DNA from: Macrostomum lignano
Lineage: Eukaryota
Direction of reading: 5' to 3'
Length of the DNA: 64,000 bases
Assembly: GCA_002269645.1 (NCBI GenBank)
Contig: NIVC01000403.1
Coordinates: 133,076 to 197,075 of the forward strand
Part shown: one piece after another, positions 39,443-55,667 of the stretch
Layout of the letters: every line of letters begins with the position of its first letter
How positions within the stretch are numbered: the stretch's first letter is position 1
Translations under genes and position numbers: made by a program
The notes under the pieces: generated by a model
What the model was told of the DNA's origin: nothing
Database searches by the model: none
What the model saw: the letters and a program-made list of their open reading frames with translations, nothing else

Positions 39443-42400
39443 CGCGGAGGCGGTGGCGGATGCTGCACAAAAAAGCGACTGATTGGCGGCAGTTGCATCG
39501 ATGCGGTCGCGGCAGCGGCGGCAGCGGCAGCCGCTTGCATCACCATGGAAACTGCTGGAGCACCCACCGCTTGCTGAGCAGGCTGAGAACTTGTAGTTAC
39601 ATCAGCAGCACCGCCAGCACCAGCTGATGAACGAGTAGATCTTTCCGGAATATGGCGTCGACGTCCAGCCGTTTTGTTTCCATCGGCGCTGCCGTCACAG
39701 TCGCCTCCTCGGTGCCCGAATCGTCTGGTGTGCAGGTGCAAATTGTGCACAAACTTGGTGGTGAAGCCGCAGTCGTGGCATCGGTGCGCCCGATTGGCCG
39801 AATGGCTGCGCAGGTGCGAGTTCAGCATGGAACGGTTGATGCAGACGTAGTCGCAGTTCGGGCACTTGTACGGCCTCGAGCCCGAGTGATTGGCGGCGTG
39901 ATATTTCATGTGGTGCTTGTACTCGGTGACGAACGGGCACTGCGAGCAGCGCAGCACCCTGTCTGGTCTCATGTGCTGCACCCGGTGCCGCCAGAACTCC
40001 TCCTGAAGATGAAGGTGCGAGTGTTGGACTGGGTGAGGACTGGGACTGGCGCTGAGTGAGGGCTGGGACTGGCACTGAACGGACACTGGGAAGGCTGAGA
40101 CTGGCACTGAACGGACACTGTGAGGGCTGAGACTGGCACTGAACGGACATTGGAAAGGCTGGGACTGGCACTGAACGGACATTGGGAGGGCTGGGACTGG
40201 CACTGAACGGACACTGTGAGGGCTGAGACTGGCACTGAACGGACATTGGGAAGGCTGGGACTGGCACTGAACGGACATTGGGAAGGCTGGGACTGGCACT
40301 GAACGGACACTGGGAAGGCTGGGACTGGCACTGAACGGACACTGGGAAGGCTGGGACTGGCACTGAACGGACACTGGGAGGGCTTTGACTGGCACTGAAC
40401 GGACATTGAGAATGCTGAGACTGGCACTGAACGGATACTGGGAAGGCTGAGACTGGCACTGAACGGACATTGGGAAGGCTGGGACTGGCACTGAACGGAC
40501 ACTGTGAGGGCTTTGACTGGCACTGAACGGACACTGTGAGGGCTTTGACTGGCACTGAACGGACATTGTGCCCACTAGCTAAAGTATCGATTTCGTCAAT
40601 TCTTTTAATATTTATTCCGTAAAAATTGCCGAAACAATTTTCAGCATTTCCAGATAATGGTTGCTACTCTTCAAGCAAATAAAAGATTTTTATGAATAAA
40701 AAATTGGCCCAAAAAGCAGCAATTGTATTTGGTACACAATGGCCTGCTACTTGTTGCTGTGCATGCAAAAGGAAAGGCAATATTGAAGTGTTTGCCTCAG
40801 AGATATGAGGGGACAATCAGTGAATAATTTCCATCTCATCTCAGTATCTTTGGGAAGTCTGTTTGCTGCCTGCCTCTTTAGCAGACCCGAGGGGGGGGGG
40901 GGGGTTGGCCGGTTGGGTCAGAAAAAATTGCCAATCAAACAAACTGATTTATGATTGACAATAGCCTCTGGATAAAACACGATGCCAGCTCACAACTCGC
41001 AACACCTTACCATTTTTTCTCTCACCTTATTTTTATTCCCAGCTTACCAGCGTGGGTAAACACAACAGGGATTCTTGTGAGGCACTCTACCATCCTACCA
41101 AACAATCCAAAATCTAAGAATCCACTTCTGCGCATAGCGCCGCGCCCTCCAAATCCCCTTCATCGTGGGCGCCATTTGCCCGCAATGCATTCTTTCCTGC
41201 GTATATATATATATTTAGATTACATTCTGCAGCCACTGCTCTGGGAATCGGGCAGCTGGACTTGCCAAAATTTTGAGCATTAATATTTTTTCAACAACTG
41301 AACGAAGGAGGGGATGAGGAGGAGAAGCTGAGGGTGAGAGAGGCGGAGCGACTCGCTAGGGGCGGGGCAATTTGCAGTTTTTACAGCTTAGGGATAAAAA
41401 TGTTTTGTTAGGCGCCACTTTTTGCCTCATACTGGACTTTTTTATTCCCTTTTTCCCTATCAGTGGTGGTCGCCTGGATAGAAAGAGCTACTGCTGTTTG
41501 TTGCTGCTGGCTTACCGAGCCGCATCTGGGGATTCGAGTTCAGGACCACCAAGGAGACGGGGGCACCCACCTAGGAGACAGGGGGCACCCACCTAGGAGA
41601 CAGGGGGCACCCACCTAGGAGACAGGGGGCACCCACCTAGGAGACAGGGGGCACCCACCTAGGAGGCAGGGGACGCCCACCTAGGAGACAGGGGGCACAC
41701 ACCTAGGAGACAGGGGACACCCACCTAGGAGACAGGGGGCACCCACCTAGGAACCAGGAGGAACACACCTAGGATACAGGGGGCACCCACCTAGGAGGCA
41801 GGAGCACCCACCTAGGAAACAGAGGGCACCTACCTAGAAGAACAGGGGCACCCACCTAGGGAGCCCCCCTAGGAGGCAGGGGTCGCCCACTTAGGAGACA
41901 GGAGGCTCCCACATAGGAGGCAGGGGTCGCCCACCTAGGAACCAGGAGGAACACACCTAGGAGACAGGAGGCACCCACCTAGGAGGCAGGGGACGCCCAC
42001 CTAGGAGACAGGGGGCACCCACCTAGGAGACAGGGGACGCCCACCTAGGAGACAGGGGGCACACACCTAGGAGACAGGGGACGCCCACCTAGGAGACAGA
42101 GGGCACCCACCTAGGAACCAGGAGGAACACACCTAGGAGACATGAGGCTCCCACCTAGGAGACATGAGGCTCCCACCTAGGAGACAGGAGGCACCCACCT
42201 AGGAGACAGGAGGCACCCACCTAGGAGACATGAGGCTCCCACCTAGGAGACATGAGGCTCCCACCTAGGAGACAGGAGGCACCCACCTAGGAGACATGAG
42301 GCTCCCACCTAGGAGACATGAGGCTCCCACCTAGGAGACAGGAGGCACCCACCTAGGAGACATGAGACTCCCACCTAGGAGACAGGAGGCACCCACCTAG

Positions 42401-42860
42401 GAGACATGAGGCTCCCACCTAGGAGACATGAGGCACCCACCTAGGAGACAGGAGGCACCCACGTAGGAGACATGAGGCACCCACCTAGGAGACAGGAGGC
42501 TCCCACCTAGGAGACAGGAGGCACCCACCTAGGAGACAGGGGGCACCCACCTAGGAGACAGGAGGCACCCACCTAGGAGACCGGAGGCACCCACCTAGGA
42601 GACATGAGGCTCCCACCTAGGAGACAGGAGGCACCCACCTAGAAGACAGTGATGTTGAATTAATGGTCTTGGCTTAAACCCTATTTTAAATAAAGCTTTG
42701 TCTTTTGGGTATTTGATCGCAGGGTGTGAAAAGCAACAGAAAACAACTCAAGATCATCTCACCTTGCTTGGCAGTATCACGCTGCAGATTTTGCACTTTA
42801 ACTGACCGCTACCGCTGCCGCCTCCAGCGCCACTGCCGCCCTCGCCGCCATGGCAACTAT
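39151..42860 (-). CDS. hb: Hunchback-like C2H2 zinc finger transcription factor (4 central plus 2 C-terminal fingers); 5' exon(s) not located
   Basis: Exon 42860-42763 (…QLKCKICSVILPSK) splices in phase 0 to exon 40002-39151 (EEFWRHRVQHMRPDRVLRCSQCPFVTEYKHH, CINRSMLNSH, C-terminal CRHCGIVF...HLGYH and FRCNGCG...HLYRDAH). These match the Hunchback signature fingers. Confidence 0.88.
40025..40570. repeat. Minisatellite, 32-bp unit ACTGGCACTGAACGGACACTGGGAAGGCTGAG
   Basis: Intronic array starting ~25 bp from the hb acceptor. It produces the false N-terminus of ORF 39151..40575. Confidence 0.95.
41560..42645. repeat. Minisatellite, 22-bp unit GGGGGCACCCACCTAGGAGACA
   Basis: Tandem copies in the hb intron, shifting to a catgaggctc variant distally. 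Confidence 0.95.
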
Positions 42861-43269
42861 CTGAGCAGTTTTGATTTTCAAACATCTCTACGAGTGTATC
42901 TCAGTTTCTAAATGGTGCCGTATTAGTGTAATTGTCGTTCGCTTCTCTACATATTTTTCAGATCCAACTGAGTTCCCATTTTTATATGTAAGGATGAGAA
43001 CTGTTTGCTGAGGCCTCCCACCTGTGCTCAGGAAAATGGGAGACGAAGCTGGGGGGGGGGAGGGTAGAGAATTTTTAATTTTTTTGGATTGGCAGCCCAG
43101 TGCGGATTTGTTAATTTGCTTGATAATTTCACTGCTAGAGAGTTGCAGATGGCGCTCTCAGACTGTATCAGTCTGCGCGATAGTCCTGAGAGTCAGTGCT
43201 GTCAGCAACATGACTATTAAGGAGATTTTAAAGTGTCAGACTGAGATTTGATCTGAGACAAAAGATTAA

Positions 43270-45790
<2,521 letters not shown>

Positions 45791-46630
45791 ATTAGGAGCG
45801 TAACTATAATTAAGAGTATTTTCAGAGGAGGCAGAGGAATCAATGAATTATTCTAATATTCGCATGCAACTACTGCCAGTGTGGAAACCAGTAGTAAGTT
45901 TAGCAAACGCGCGACGGAACGAAAACTGTTTGGCAAGAACTCGAGGTTTGCAAAAGAGAGGCGGGAAAACCTCACTATCTGCACAAAACTTCAACCAACA
46001 AAGAATCAAAACTTTTCGATGTCGATTTTAGCTCATATAACACGCTAAAAATCATTTCTTTGAACTTTCCTGCCGCATAAAGCTGAGATGTCAAGGCTCA
46101 CAAGGGATTGCTGAGGTTATTGCAAAGAGAAACTGTAGTTTAAACGGGTAGTTTATTCAAAAGTAGAATAAAGCCTTGACAAAAGAAGTGTCATGTCAGA
46201 CATGAAGGAAGCGTAATGTCAAAAATAAAAGAAACGTCATGTCAGACATTAAAGAAGCGTCATGTAAAAAACGTCACTTGAAACTGTGTGCTGTGACTCT
46301 TGGGGAGAATTACTATGTTGTCAAAGCTTACGGGGGAATAGCTGAGATGTCAAGGCTCGGGAATAACTGAGATGTCAATGCTAAAGTCAGAAGCTACATG
46401 TAGTGTATTCAAAACTTTTTATTACATTAATATTTGTTGGCTCCTCACGGGGGGGTCGCTGATAGAAAAAGCGTCATGTAAAAAAGAAGCGTCATGTAAA
46501 AAAGAAGCGTCAAGTCGAAGTTAAGAGATTCATTTGGGAATCCCTACGATGTCGAGGCTTGCAGGGAATCGCTATAGTGCTGTAGTGCTATAATGACTCT
46601 TGGGGGGAATTACTGAAATGTCATTGCTTT

Positions 46631-46750
46631 AGGGTATTAGGGTTAGGGTTAGGGTTAGGTATAGGGTTAGGGTTAGGTTATGGTTAGGAGTAGGGTTAGG
46701 GTTAGGTTAGGGATAGGGTTAGGGTTAGGGCTAGGGTAAGGGTTAGGGAT
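46631..46750 (+). repeat. Interstitial telomere-like (TTAGGG)n tract
   Basis: ttagggttagggttagggttagg... with scattered variants. Confidence 0.85.
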
Positions 46751-48204
46751 TTTTTAAGATTTCAAGGCTTATGGGGGCATGAGATGTCAAGGGGGGAGTT
46801 GATATGTTAAGGCTTACAAGGGACTGCTGAGGTATAATGCAAAGAGACGCTACATTTAGTTTATTAAAAACTTGTACTGCATTCTTTTGGCCCTGATTGC
46901 TAGTAACATGCTAAAAATCATTTCTTTGAACTTTCCTGCCGCATAAATAACTGAACTCGTGTCTTTTCTGTCACAAGTCGTGTCAGTTGTGGAAAATAGA
47001 TTTTCCAGCTTTAAAACGAAACCAAGACTGTTTAAATCGGTTCTGCTGTTTCGAATATATTGAGAATCAATTGCCAATCTATTCTTGCATGCTCCCTCCA
47101 GTCAGTGTTCCCTGACCTAAGGCGTAGCCGGTGCAGAGTTTCCTGGATTTTCGTTCTAATTTTCCTGGACAAGAGCAATCCAATTTTTCCATTTAACCTA
47201 ACAGATGGAGATCAAAATTGAATTCGCGTCAAAGTTGTTAGCCCGAGTAGGGTAGTGGGGGGCATTTCTGGTTCGATCGAAGTTTACTTTTTCGCTTTTT
47301 GAATTCAAGCACTTGACGCCAAGCCGAGAGGCCTGTCGAGCGGTGGTTGGGTGACTCAGGAAAACAATGAGTGCCGAGGTGAGGAGATGGGCGTTGGTGG
47401 GGGGGGGAGACGCCGTCTGGAGTGAGTCGTTGTGGGCGGTCTGCCACGTGATAAACAAATTAGCGGGCCCGACAGCTCCAGGTGATGGATTGGGCAGGTT
47501 TATTAAAAAGCAGAATTTTCCGCTCCCAGCTGGCCACACCTCTCTGTGAGCCGTTCTCCCGTCGTCCTCGATTTCCCCTCGGGCTGTGGGTGGGACAGGG
47601 AGCCTCCTTCCCCTTTCTCTCTTCCAATCTTCCCTTGACGTGCCGCCAGTCGCGAAACAACCTGACACAACCCGCCCCGGCAGCCGCCCACGAAGTCTTC
47701 TTCTTATTCTTGACTTTACACTCCGTCAGTTTGTTTTCCTCTCTGCTCCGGTGTTGCAGCGGGCGGGGGGAGATGAGCTCGCCCCAGCAACCAAAGCTCG
47801 GTTGAGCAGGTCTCTAGACGAGGAGGGACGAGAGAAAGAGAGACTAGCCACTCGGTTGCTTCGGCAGACAAGCGACCCCACCTGTCACCCAGGGGGGATG
47901 CCCATCCAACAGGGGGAAGTCCCACATCTACATGCTGTAATTCGATTATCTCCCCCTATCTGCATACTCTCTCCTCTCTCCTGTCTGAGTCTCTCAGCCT
48001 CCAGCGTCAGCTCCGACCGCTCGAGTCCTTGAGGCCACTGTCCAGCTCTTAACGGCCTCCCCTGCCTCCTTGTCTACCTTGGAAACACGGCATCAAGTTT
48101 CGACTGTATTATAGCTGTCTCTAAGTTGGGCTTATCCTTGGCCTGACTCAGACTGGTTGAACTACAGCGGAAAAAGCATCCGCCATGGGGAAAATCTGGG
48201 ATTA

Positions 48205-48660
48205 AAGATGTGGGAAAACTTCAGAAGATTCCCAATGAGGATGTGGGATAACTTCAGAAGATTCTCAATGAGGATGTGGGAGAACTTCAGAAGAATCTCA
48301 ATGAGGATGTGGGAGAACTTCAGAAGATTCTCAATGAGGATGTGGGAGAACTTCAGAAGAATCTCAATGAGGATGTGGGAGAACTTCAGAAGAATCTCAA
48401 TGAGGATGTGGGAGAACTTCAGAAGATTCTCAATGAGGATGTGGGAGAACTTCAGAAGATTCTCAATGAGGATGTGGGATAACTTCCGAAGATTCTCAAT
48501 GAGGATGTGGGATGACTTCAGAAGATTCTCAATGAGGATGTGGGAGAACTTCAGAAGATTCTCAATGAGGATGTGGGAGAACTTCAGAAGATTCTCAATG
48601 AGGATGCAGATAACTTCAGGAGAATCTCAATGAGGATGTGGGATAACTTCAGAAGATTCG
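48205..48660. repeat. Minisatellite, 33-bp unit GATGTGGGAGAACTTCAGAAGATTCTCAATGAG
   Basis: Tandem copies. They explain the MWENFRRFSMR ORF. Confidence 0.95.
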
Positions 48661-49194
48661 AAACGAGAATGAGGGTGAGTAATTGAGTAATTCAGCTTCG
48701 AAATAGGAAAATTCCAAGTTTACGAACAGCAAAGATCGCATAGGAAAGAGGAAAATGAGGATTAACTCAGCGTGAGCAGGGGGGCAATTTCAGGCGGAGA
48801 TGAGGCCGTGAATTGACCAGGAGTCTGCGATGGGGCTGCCAGGAGGTGCAGGGCTCACCGGACAGGTGGTTGCAAGGTCCCGGCCGATAAATAATGCATT
48901 CGGGGATGCAGAGTCCAATTGCTGCTGGGAGAGGAAGGCCTGGGCGAGGGAAACTCGGTCTCGTATGGAGGAGCCCCGCTGGGATTTCACGTTGCAAGGG
49001 GGAAATGGGAGGGGGGAGAAGTCGAAATCCTCAACCCTTCAGCCTGTGCATCTCCTTTCCCTTCTTTTCTCTCTATCTATCATGCGGCCGATACAGAATC
49101 TATCCATATGGGGGCACAGCATCCTCCAGTCACCTCCGCTACCTCTTCTTCGATTGCTGCTTTTGTAGCTCAGTTTACTGTTCGGAGAGTATAT

Positions 49195-49683
<489 letters not shown>

Positions 49684-49695
49684 CTCGGCACAGTT

Positions 49696-51732
49696 ACTTA
49701 CTTACTACTAACTTACTACTGACGGGGGGCGCAGGCGCCGCGAATAGGCCGCGAGGCCCCTATCGCAACCCCAAGGTAAAAGAGCACAAGGATTAGCCTT
49801 GGGGGTGCGCCCAGTCCCCGCCAGTAGTCGGCAGGTCCGCAGTGGAGGCATCGGCGACCCTCATCCGGCCGGAGTCCCGGACGAAGGCGCGGAGGTCTCG
49901 GATATTGTCCGCGGTGGTCAGCTCGTCCATCCGCTGGGGGTGGCCGAGGTATTTGTGCCGCGCCTTGTTGAAGTAAGGGCAGAAGGTGACGTGATGCTCC
50001 GCGGTCTCCTCTCCTATGCCACAGAAGGGACAGGTGGGAGGGCAACCGGTTTGCAACGATATATGTCTCTGGAAGAATCCGTGGCCGGTTAGGACCATGC
50101 ACATCTCCCTGAGGTCGGTTCTGTTAAGCGAAATCAGATAATCAGAGACTTTCCTGTTCAGGTTAGGCATGGCAGAGCGGCTCTGCCTGTACTCGGTGCA
50201 GCTGTTCCAGTGGAGCTGGTGCTGCTGATGGAGCCACCTGTTGATATGGCGGGTGACTTGCGACCTGGGGGTGGGTAGCCTCATCAGACGGTGGTTGCCG
50301 TCTGGGTTGCTGCCCTCCTTGGCGAGAGAGTCCGCGAGCTCGTTGCCCAGGATGTTGCTGTGACCAGGTGTCCAGATAATTCTAATCCTGTTAAGGACTG
50401 AGAGAGATTGCACACTGCGGTGGCATTGAGATACTGTAGCAGCGGAGATATTCTCAGTGGTTAAGGCCTTAATAGCAGCTTGGCTATCAGTGTAGAAATT
50501 AATGTCAAAATTATTAATGTTCGCCTGAAACAGTTGCTGGGCACACTGCTCAATGGCGCAAATTTCAGCTTGGAAAACTGAGGTGTTCTCACCGAGGTGC
50601 AGACTTTCCTGGAGAAGCATCTTACCCTCGTGGAAAATGGCAATACCCGCTCCAGCGCGGCCGTTGAACAGCGAGCCGTCGGTGAAGCAGTGAATGCCCT
50701 GGCTGCGCCGGTTCACACCGACATCCAGCGGAATGTTGTCTCGGCCAGGGATGGCGGTCTTGAAGCCCCTCCTGATGTTGAGGGCGGGAGGTCGACTATC
50801 CACATTGCCCAGGTCCATGTGGATGTTGTTAAGGTCGCGGCGGACAAAGTCCATATGCGGGATTAATGTTTTCATTGGCATAAAGCCAGAGGGCGCGTTA
50901 TTTAACGTTTTATCTCTGATAAGCCGGGAGGCAGACTTCATAGCCTCCGCCCTAATAAATAGGTGAAGCGGAGGTAGGTTAAGGATAGTGTTCAGCCCCT
51001 CGTAAGGGGTGGACGGGTACGCACCTGTGATGGCACGGCAAATGCTGCCCTGAAGCTGGTACAGCCGCTGACGGGCGGCCTTCTGCTCCAGCACGCTAGT
51101 CCAGATGAGACTCGCGTATGTGATACTGGGCCGGATGATGCCGGTATAAATCCAACGGACCGTTCTAGGCGAGAGGCCCCAAGTCGGCCCGATGGCTCTG
51201 CGCAGCTGGGCAAAGCAGCGTTTTGCCCGACCGATGACGTTATCAAGGTGCTTCGTCCAGCGCAGGTCATGCGTTAGCGTCACACCGAGGTATTTGACCT
51301 CCTTCTTGAAGGGGATGTTTCTGCCATAGACAGTGAGGTTTTTCATCTCCCACTTACGGCGCTTGGTGAAAACGACAGCGACAGTCTTAGTGACGCTGAT
51401 TTTTAGGCCATGCTGTGTAGCCCAGTCGGCCGCCTTGTCGGCGAATTGCTGCATCAGGTTGCGCAGAGTGGCGGGGTCGGGTCCGCTGACGACCGCGGCA
51501 ACGTCATCGGCGTAGCCCGCCCTGGTGATACTGCTGGGAATGTCAGCGGTTAGAAGTTCGTCCATGACGAGATTCCAGAGAAGTGGAGTTAGCACGCCAC
51601 CTTGCGGGCCGCCTTTCATCACCGCCCGGGTGAGGGTAACGCCCATAAGTGTGGATGTCACAAACCTTTTGCGGATCATAAAATAAATCCAGCGAACAAT
51701 GCTGTGTCTTACATTCCTGCGGGAAAGAGAAA
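49696..51732 (-). mobile_element. 5'-truncated LOA-like non-LTR retrotransposon, second family (RT C-half, RNase H, CCHC knuckle)
   Basis: 14-bp TSD GTCTCGGCACAGTT at 49682-49695 and 51733-51746, with an AGT/TAAG repeat 3' tail. The frame is uninterrupted to TAA at 49793, with [44 protein letters not shown] and CPFC...HHVTFC. The first ~46 aa of the listed 692-aa ORF are flanking DNA. Confidence 0.93.
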
Positions 51733-52849
51733 GTCTCGGCACAGTTTGCAGTGGCGGCAGCGCAGCAACTCGTGAGAGAGCAAGCCGCACTTCAAAGACA
51801 CAAAGCGCGCACGGGCCCTTTGCACAGCTCAGTGCTCGGTGCTGCTCCCCCCCCCCAATTTCCATACTCATCCCACCGGCCTCTCGCTACCGATTTCTCT
51901 TCGGCTCCGCCAATTCTCCCCATTTTCCATCTCCTCCCGTCTACTCCCCATTTTTTCTTATAGTCGGCCGGTTCTCTCCGGTCAACGAAGCGGATGCGGC
52001 TGCTGGTTGGCGGCCGGCCCTCACCTTCCCCCTCTGGTCGAGTCGAGTGGGTGGGCGCGCGGTAGCGGTGGCGGCTTGTAGGTATGGGATAGGTAGGACT
52101 GAGAGACCGCGGGGCCGGCCTCACCGAGCCCGTCTGAAAATCCCCAGGGAAAGTTTTTGGGGCCTGCGGTGCCGCAGAACTTAAAGCCTGCGGACCACCT
52201 CCCCGCTTCTCTCTCGCTCTTTTTTCAACTGCTCCCCTCCAGTCTCTCCGCTCTTCCCCTTCATCAATATACGTCAGATCTCCAGTGAGCTCTGACCCAC
52301 CTCTCCCTGTCTCTCTCTCTCCTCCCGTTCTTGTGCACCAAGGTGGATTCGAACAGACGGGGGTGGCAGAAGTGGAGCAGGCAGGACTTCGGCGAGGGGA
52401 ATGGGGTAACGAGTGGAAACGCGCGGGACCTCGATGGGCAATTTCAAAATCAATAATTAACCAATCACTCCTGCAGTCAGTTCCAATCAGTCTGCCGGGA
52501 AAAGAAGCTGGAGGGGTGGGGGGGGGAGTTTTGGCGTTCGATAGGGCTGAGGGCCACCTTAGTCAACCTCTGCCGGCGCTGACCCTGGGGAGGCTGTGGC
52601 TTCATTTTGGATGGGATCGGTTCTAACTGCGCACTGCTCAGGTCGCGGACTCAGTAGGGGTGGAAGCGACTCACGGATCGAGAAATTTTCACAAAAAATT
52701 CAGCACTGAATCGCAAACTCATAGTTTGGAAGGTGAGGGACTCAAAAATCACGGGTGACGGACTCTAAATTCGGAGGGTGATGGACTTCAAGCTCAAGGA
52801 TTGTTGACTCTAAATTTGGACAGCGTCCGTCCACTATCCAAATTTGGAA

Positions 52850-53165
52850 ATCTGGACAGTGACGGACTCTAAACTTGGACAGTGACGGACTCTAAACTTG
52901 GACAGTGACGGACTCTAAACTTGGACAGTGACGGACTCTAAACTTGGACAGTGACCCCGGACTCTAAACTTGGACAGAGACAGACTCTAAACTTGGACAG
53001 TGACGGACTCTAAACTTGGACAGTGACGGACTCTAAACTGGGGCAGTGACGGGCTCTAAACTTGGACAGTGACTGACTCTAAACTTGGACAGTGACGGAC
53101 TCTAAACTTGGACAGTGACAGACTCTAAACTTGGACAGTGACTGACTCTAAACTTGGACAGTGAC
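52850..53165. repeat. Minisatellite, 23-bp unit GACAGTGACGGACTCTAAACTTG
   Basis: Tandem copies, with degenerate related copies back to ~52755. Confidence 0.94.
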
Positions 53166-55667
53166 ACGCCAAAGCTCAAAGCTCAGAGTTGACGAACTCA
53201 ATAACAACCAACAGTTTACACAAAACTAGTGCTCAATAGCTGAGTCCACTATCAAGCGAGTTAGTGTGGACTTGGCGGCCATCTAGCGAGCGCTGAATAC
53301 GAGCGGTATAAGCAAGGCCATTTTTTTAGTCATTTGCACGCTCCATCAGTTGCACCTTGCCTATAGCCCAGGAGACGACTCCCCGAGCCCAGGGAAAGGA
53401 ATTCCCACGCCAGAACTCGCTCCCACATATTCGCTTGGCGCACTGGGCCTGCAGCTTCCCCCCTGATTCCCAAATCCCACCCTAAGTAGAGCATTCCTAC
53501 TTAGTATTTATGACATCTGTTACACCGCTGTGGCTCATTTGGCATGCAGACTGCTAGGCTTGGACCTTCATTGAGTTTGAGAAGCCGCTCATAGCCTCCT
53601 GGCACGCGATTTAGCTGCCAGTAAGTTTGCCAGCTTTGAGTCCGGGTTTGGGTTGCTCATGTTGTTTTTGTGTGTTACGGACCAGCGCACCGAACTAGTG
53701 AGTGCTAAATGTAAATAGGTTTATAACTAATGTACAAGGTTATAGGTTTTATGCGGTTCTAAGTCTCCTACTAGCAGGAGGGTAGCTTAATGCGTAAATC
53801 ACAGGCTGTTGACTCCTGAACACATACAAGCGCGCCAATACTGTGCGCAGGCACGCACTGAGACACACGCTCACACAGGGTGTACAGCGACCCTGACTTT
53901 CTAATCGTCAGGCATGTACATTGTCTGTGCCTTGGGGGCTGCATGACTCTCATGACTGTAAATAATCGCTTGGCAACCCGGCCAATTTTTCAAGCACACA
54001 AGTCCCAGATTAATGTGTCCGTTGCAGAGTCGGACGCGTTTACCTCTGAGCTGCTCTGCCCCAATGATTCACAGGTTTGTCAAAGCAAACCTTTTCCTAA
54101 AGGGACTTGGCAAGCAAGCCAAGAAAAAAATTCAGTTTTGTCTCTATATTTTTATTGTTTTTTTTCCAGAGACTTTTCTCGACTAAGTTTTGTCTATGGT
54201 GAAACCTCGAAAACTAAAAAAGAAACTGGCAAGGCTGACACAGTGGCATTTAATTTGGTCCCAAACGCTCGTGAGCCAGTCGGCAAACAATTGCTTTCTC
54301 GCAACCGTCTGCAGGTGGTCGCGCACCCCTGGAATGTCAGCGTCTTTACCAACAATTTTCAGTTGCTTTTCCAGAGCTCTGCTGATAGTCGAAATCTGAT
54401 AACCAACTGGAACTGTTCCTTCAACTTCTGCTGCATTTTCTGCAATATCAACAAATTGTTCGTCTCAACTGCATCGAGTAGCAGTTGGACGGTTGGACCT
54501 GAGGCTCTCGAGCAACTTGCCTTGGCGATAGCCGGCAGTGGTTTCAACGCAATCTTGCAACCTTGCAATGTCCTTAGGGTATTCACCTCTGTCGAGCGCT
54601 TCGTTGCAAATGAAGCTATGGACCAAATTGATGCTTGTTGGACCAATTGAATGCCGCTGTGCCAGCCTTGCTACCATAGACGAAAGCTCCACTTTGGCAA
54701 ACGTATCTTGGATTAAATTAAATGCGCGTAAGCCCAAATGGGCTGATAAAAGCTATATTATATATAGGCAATACAATAAAGTTCCAAAACATCAGGTGGT
54801 TTTTATTGAAGCATAATTCAGCAAGTCAAACAATTTTTATATTATTTTAGCCGATAAGTTTATTTGGAAAAAAGCAATCAAACACAAAAAACAAATTTAA
54901 AACAAACGGTTCGCTTTCTTAGAAACCGCACAATGTCGCGTGCAGAATAACAGAAGGACATCGAAACAGACACGACAAAGAACGCTGAAAATTTCTGGAA
55001 ATTCTTTCTCGAAGGAGTACAAACGCGCGCGGAAAGCAATAAAACTAAATGACGGCAGGTTAATAAATAATTAATGCTTAGAAATATTTTATACAATTTT
55101 TGTTATTTCGTTATGATAAGTAATGCTTGCTCGCTAAGAGACTCGGTGCGGGAGTATCTGTGCGTCTCCATGGTTACCAATAATATTGCATTATATACGC
55201 TTAATTATAGCATAACAGTATAATATAGTATATGTAGCACAATATATTACTGCCTGACAATAATTAAAGTAGTAGTTGATTTGCACAACGCCAAATATTA
55301 TTATATAATTGCTATACAATGAAAATACTGAGTCGTTAAGCAACTAGTCCGGCCTTACGGTTTTGCATCGCAACTCTGTATTGTTGGGTCAGAATTGCAC
55401 AAATCGATAGGTCGGTCAGACAGCAGGTTATGAATAAGCACTCAGAAGCAAGCATTTTAGGCTGCATATGCGTACATAATACATGTATAAACACACAAAG
55501 GCTTTAAAAATCTATTACACAATTCAGCTAAACTTTAATTAGATTAATAAACTCACAAATTAACAAAGCAATTATAGCAGTAGGCATATTGAGTGGGATT
55601 AATATTATATTAGTAGTAGTTTCTTGATTAAAACAAAAGTCAAATTTATCATAAGCATGACCGGCTG

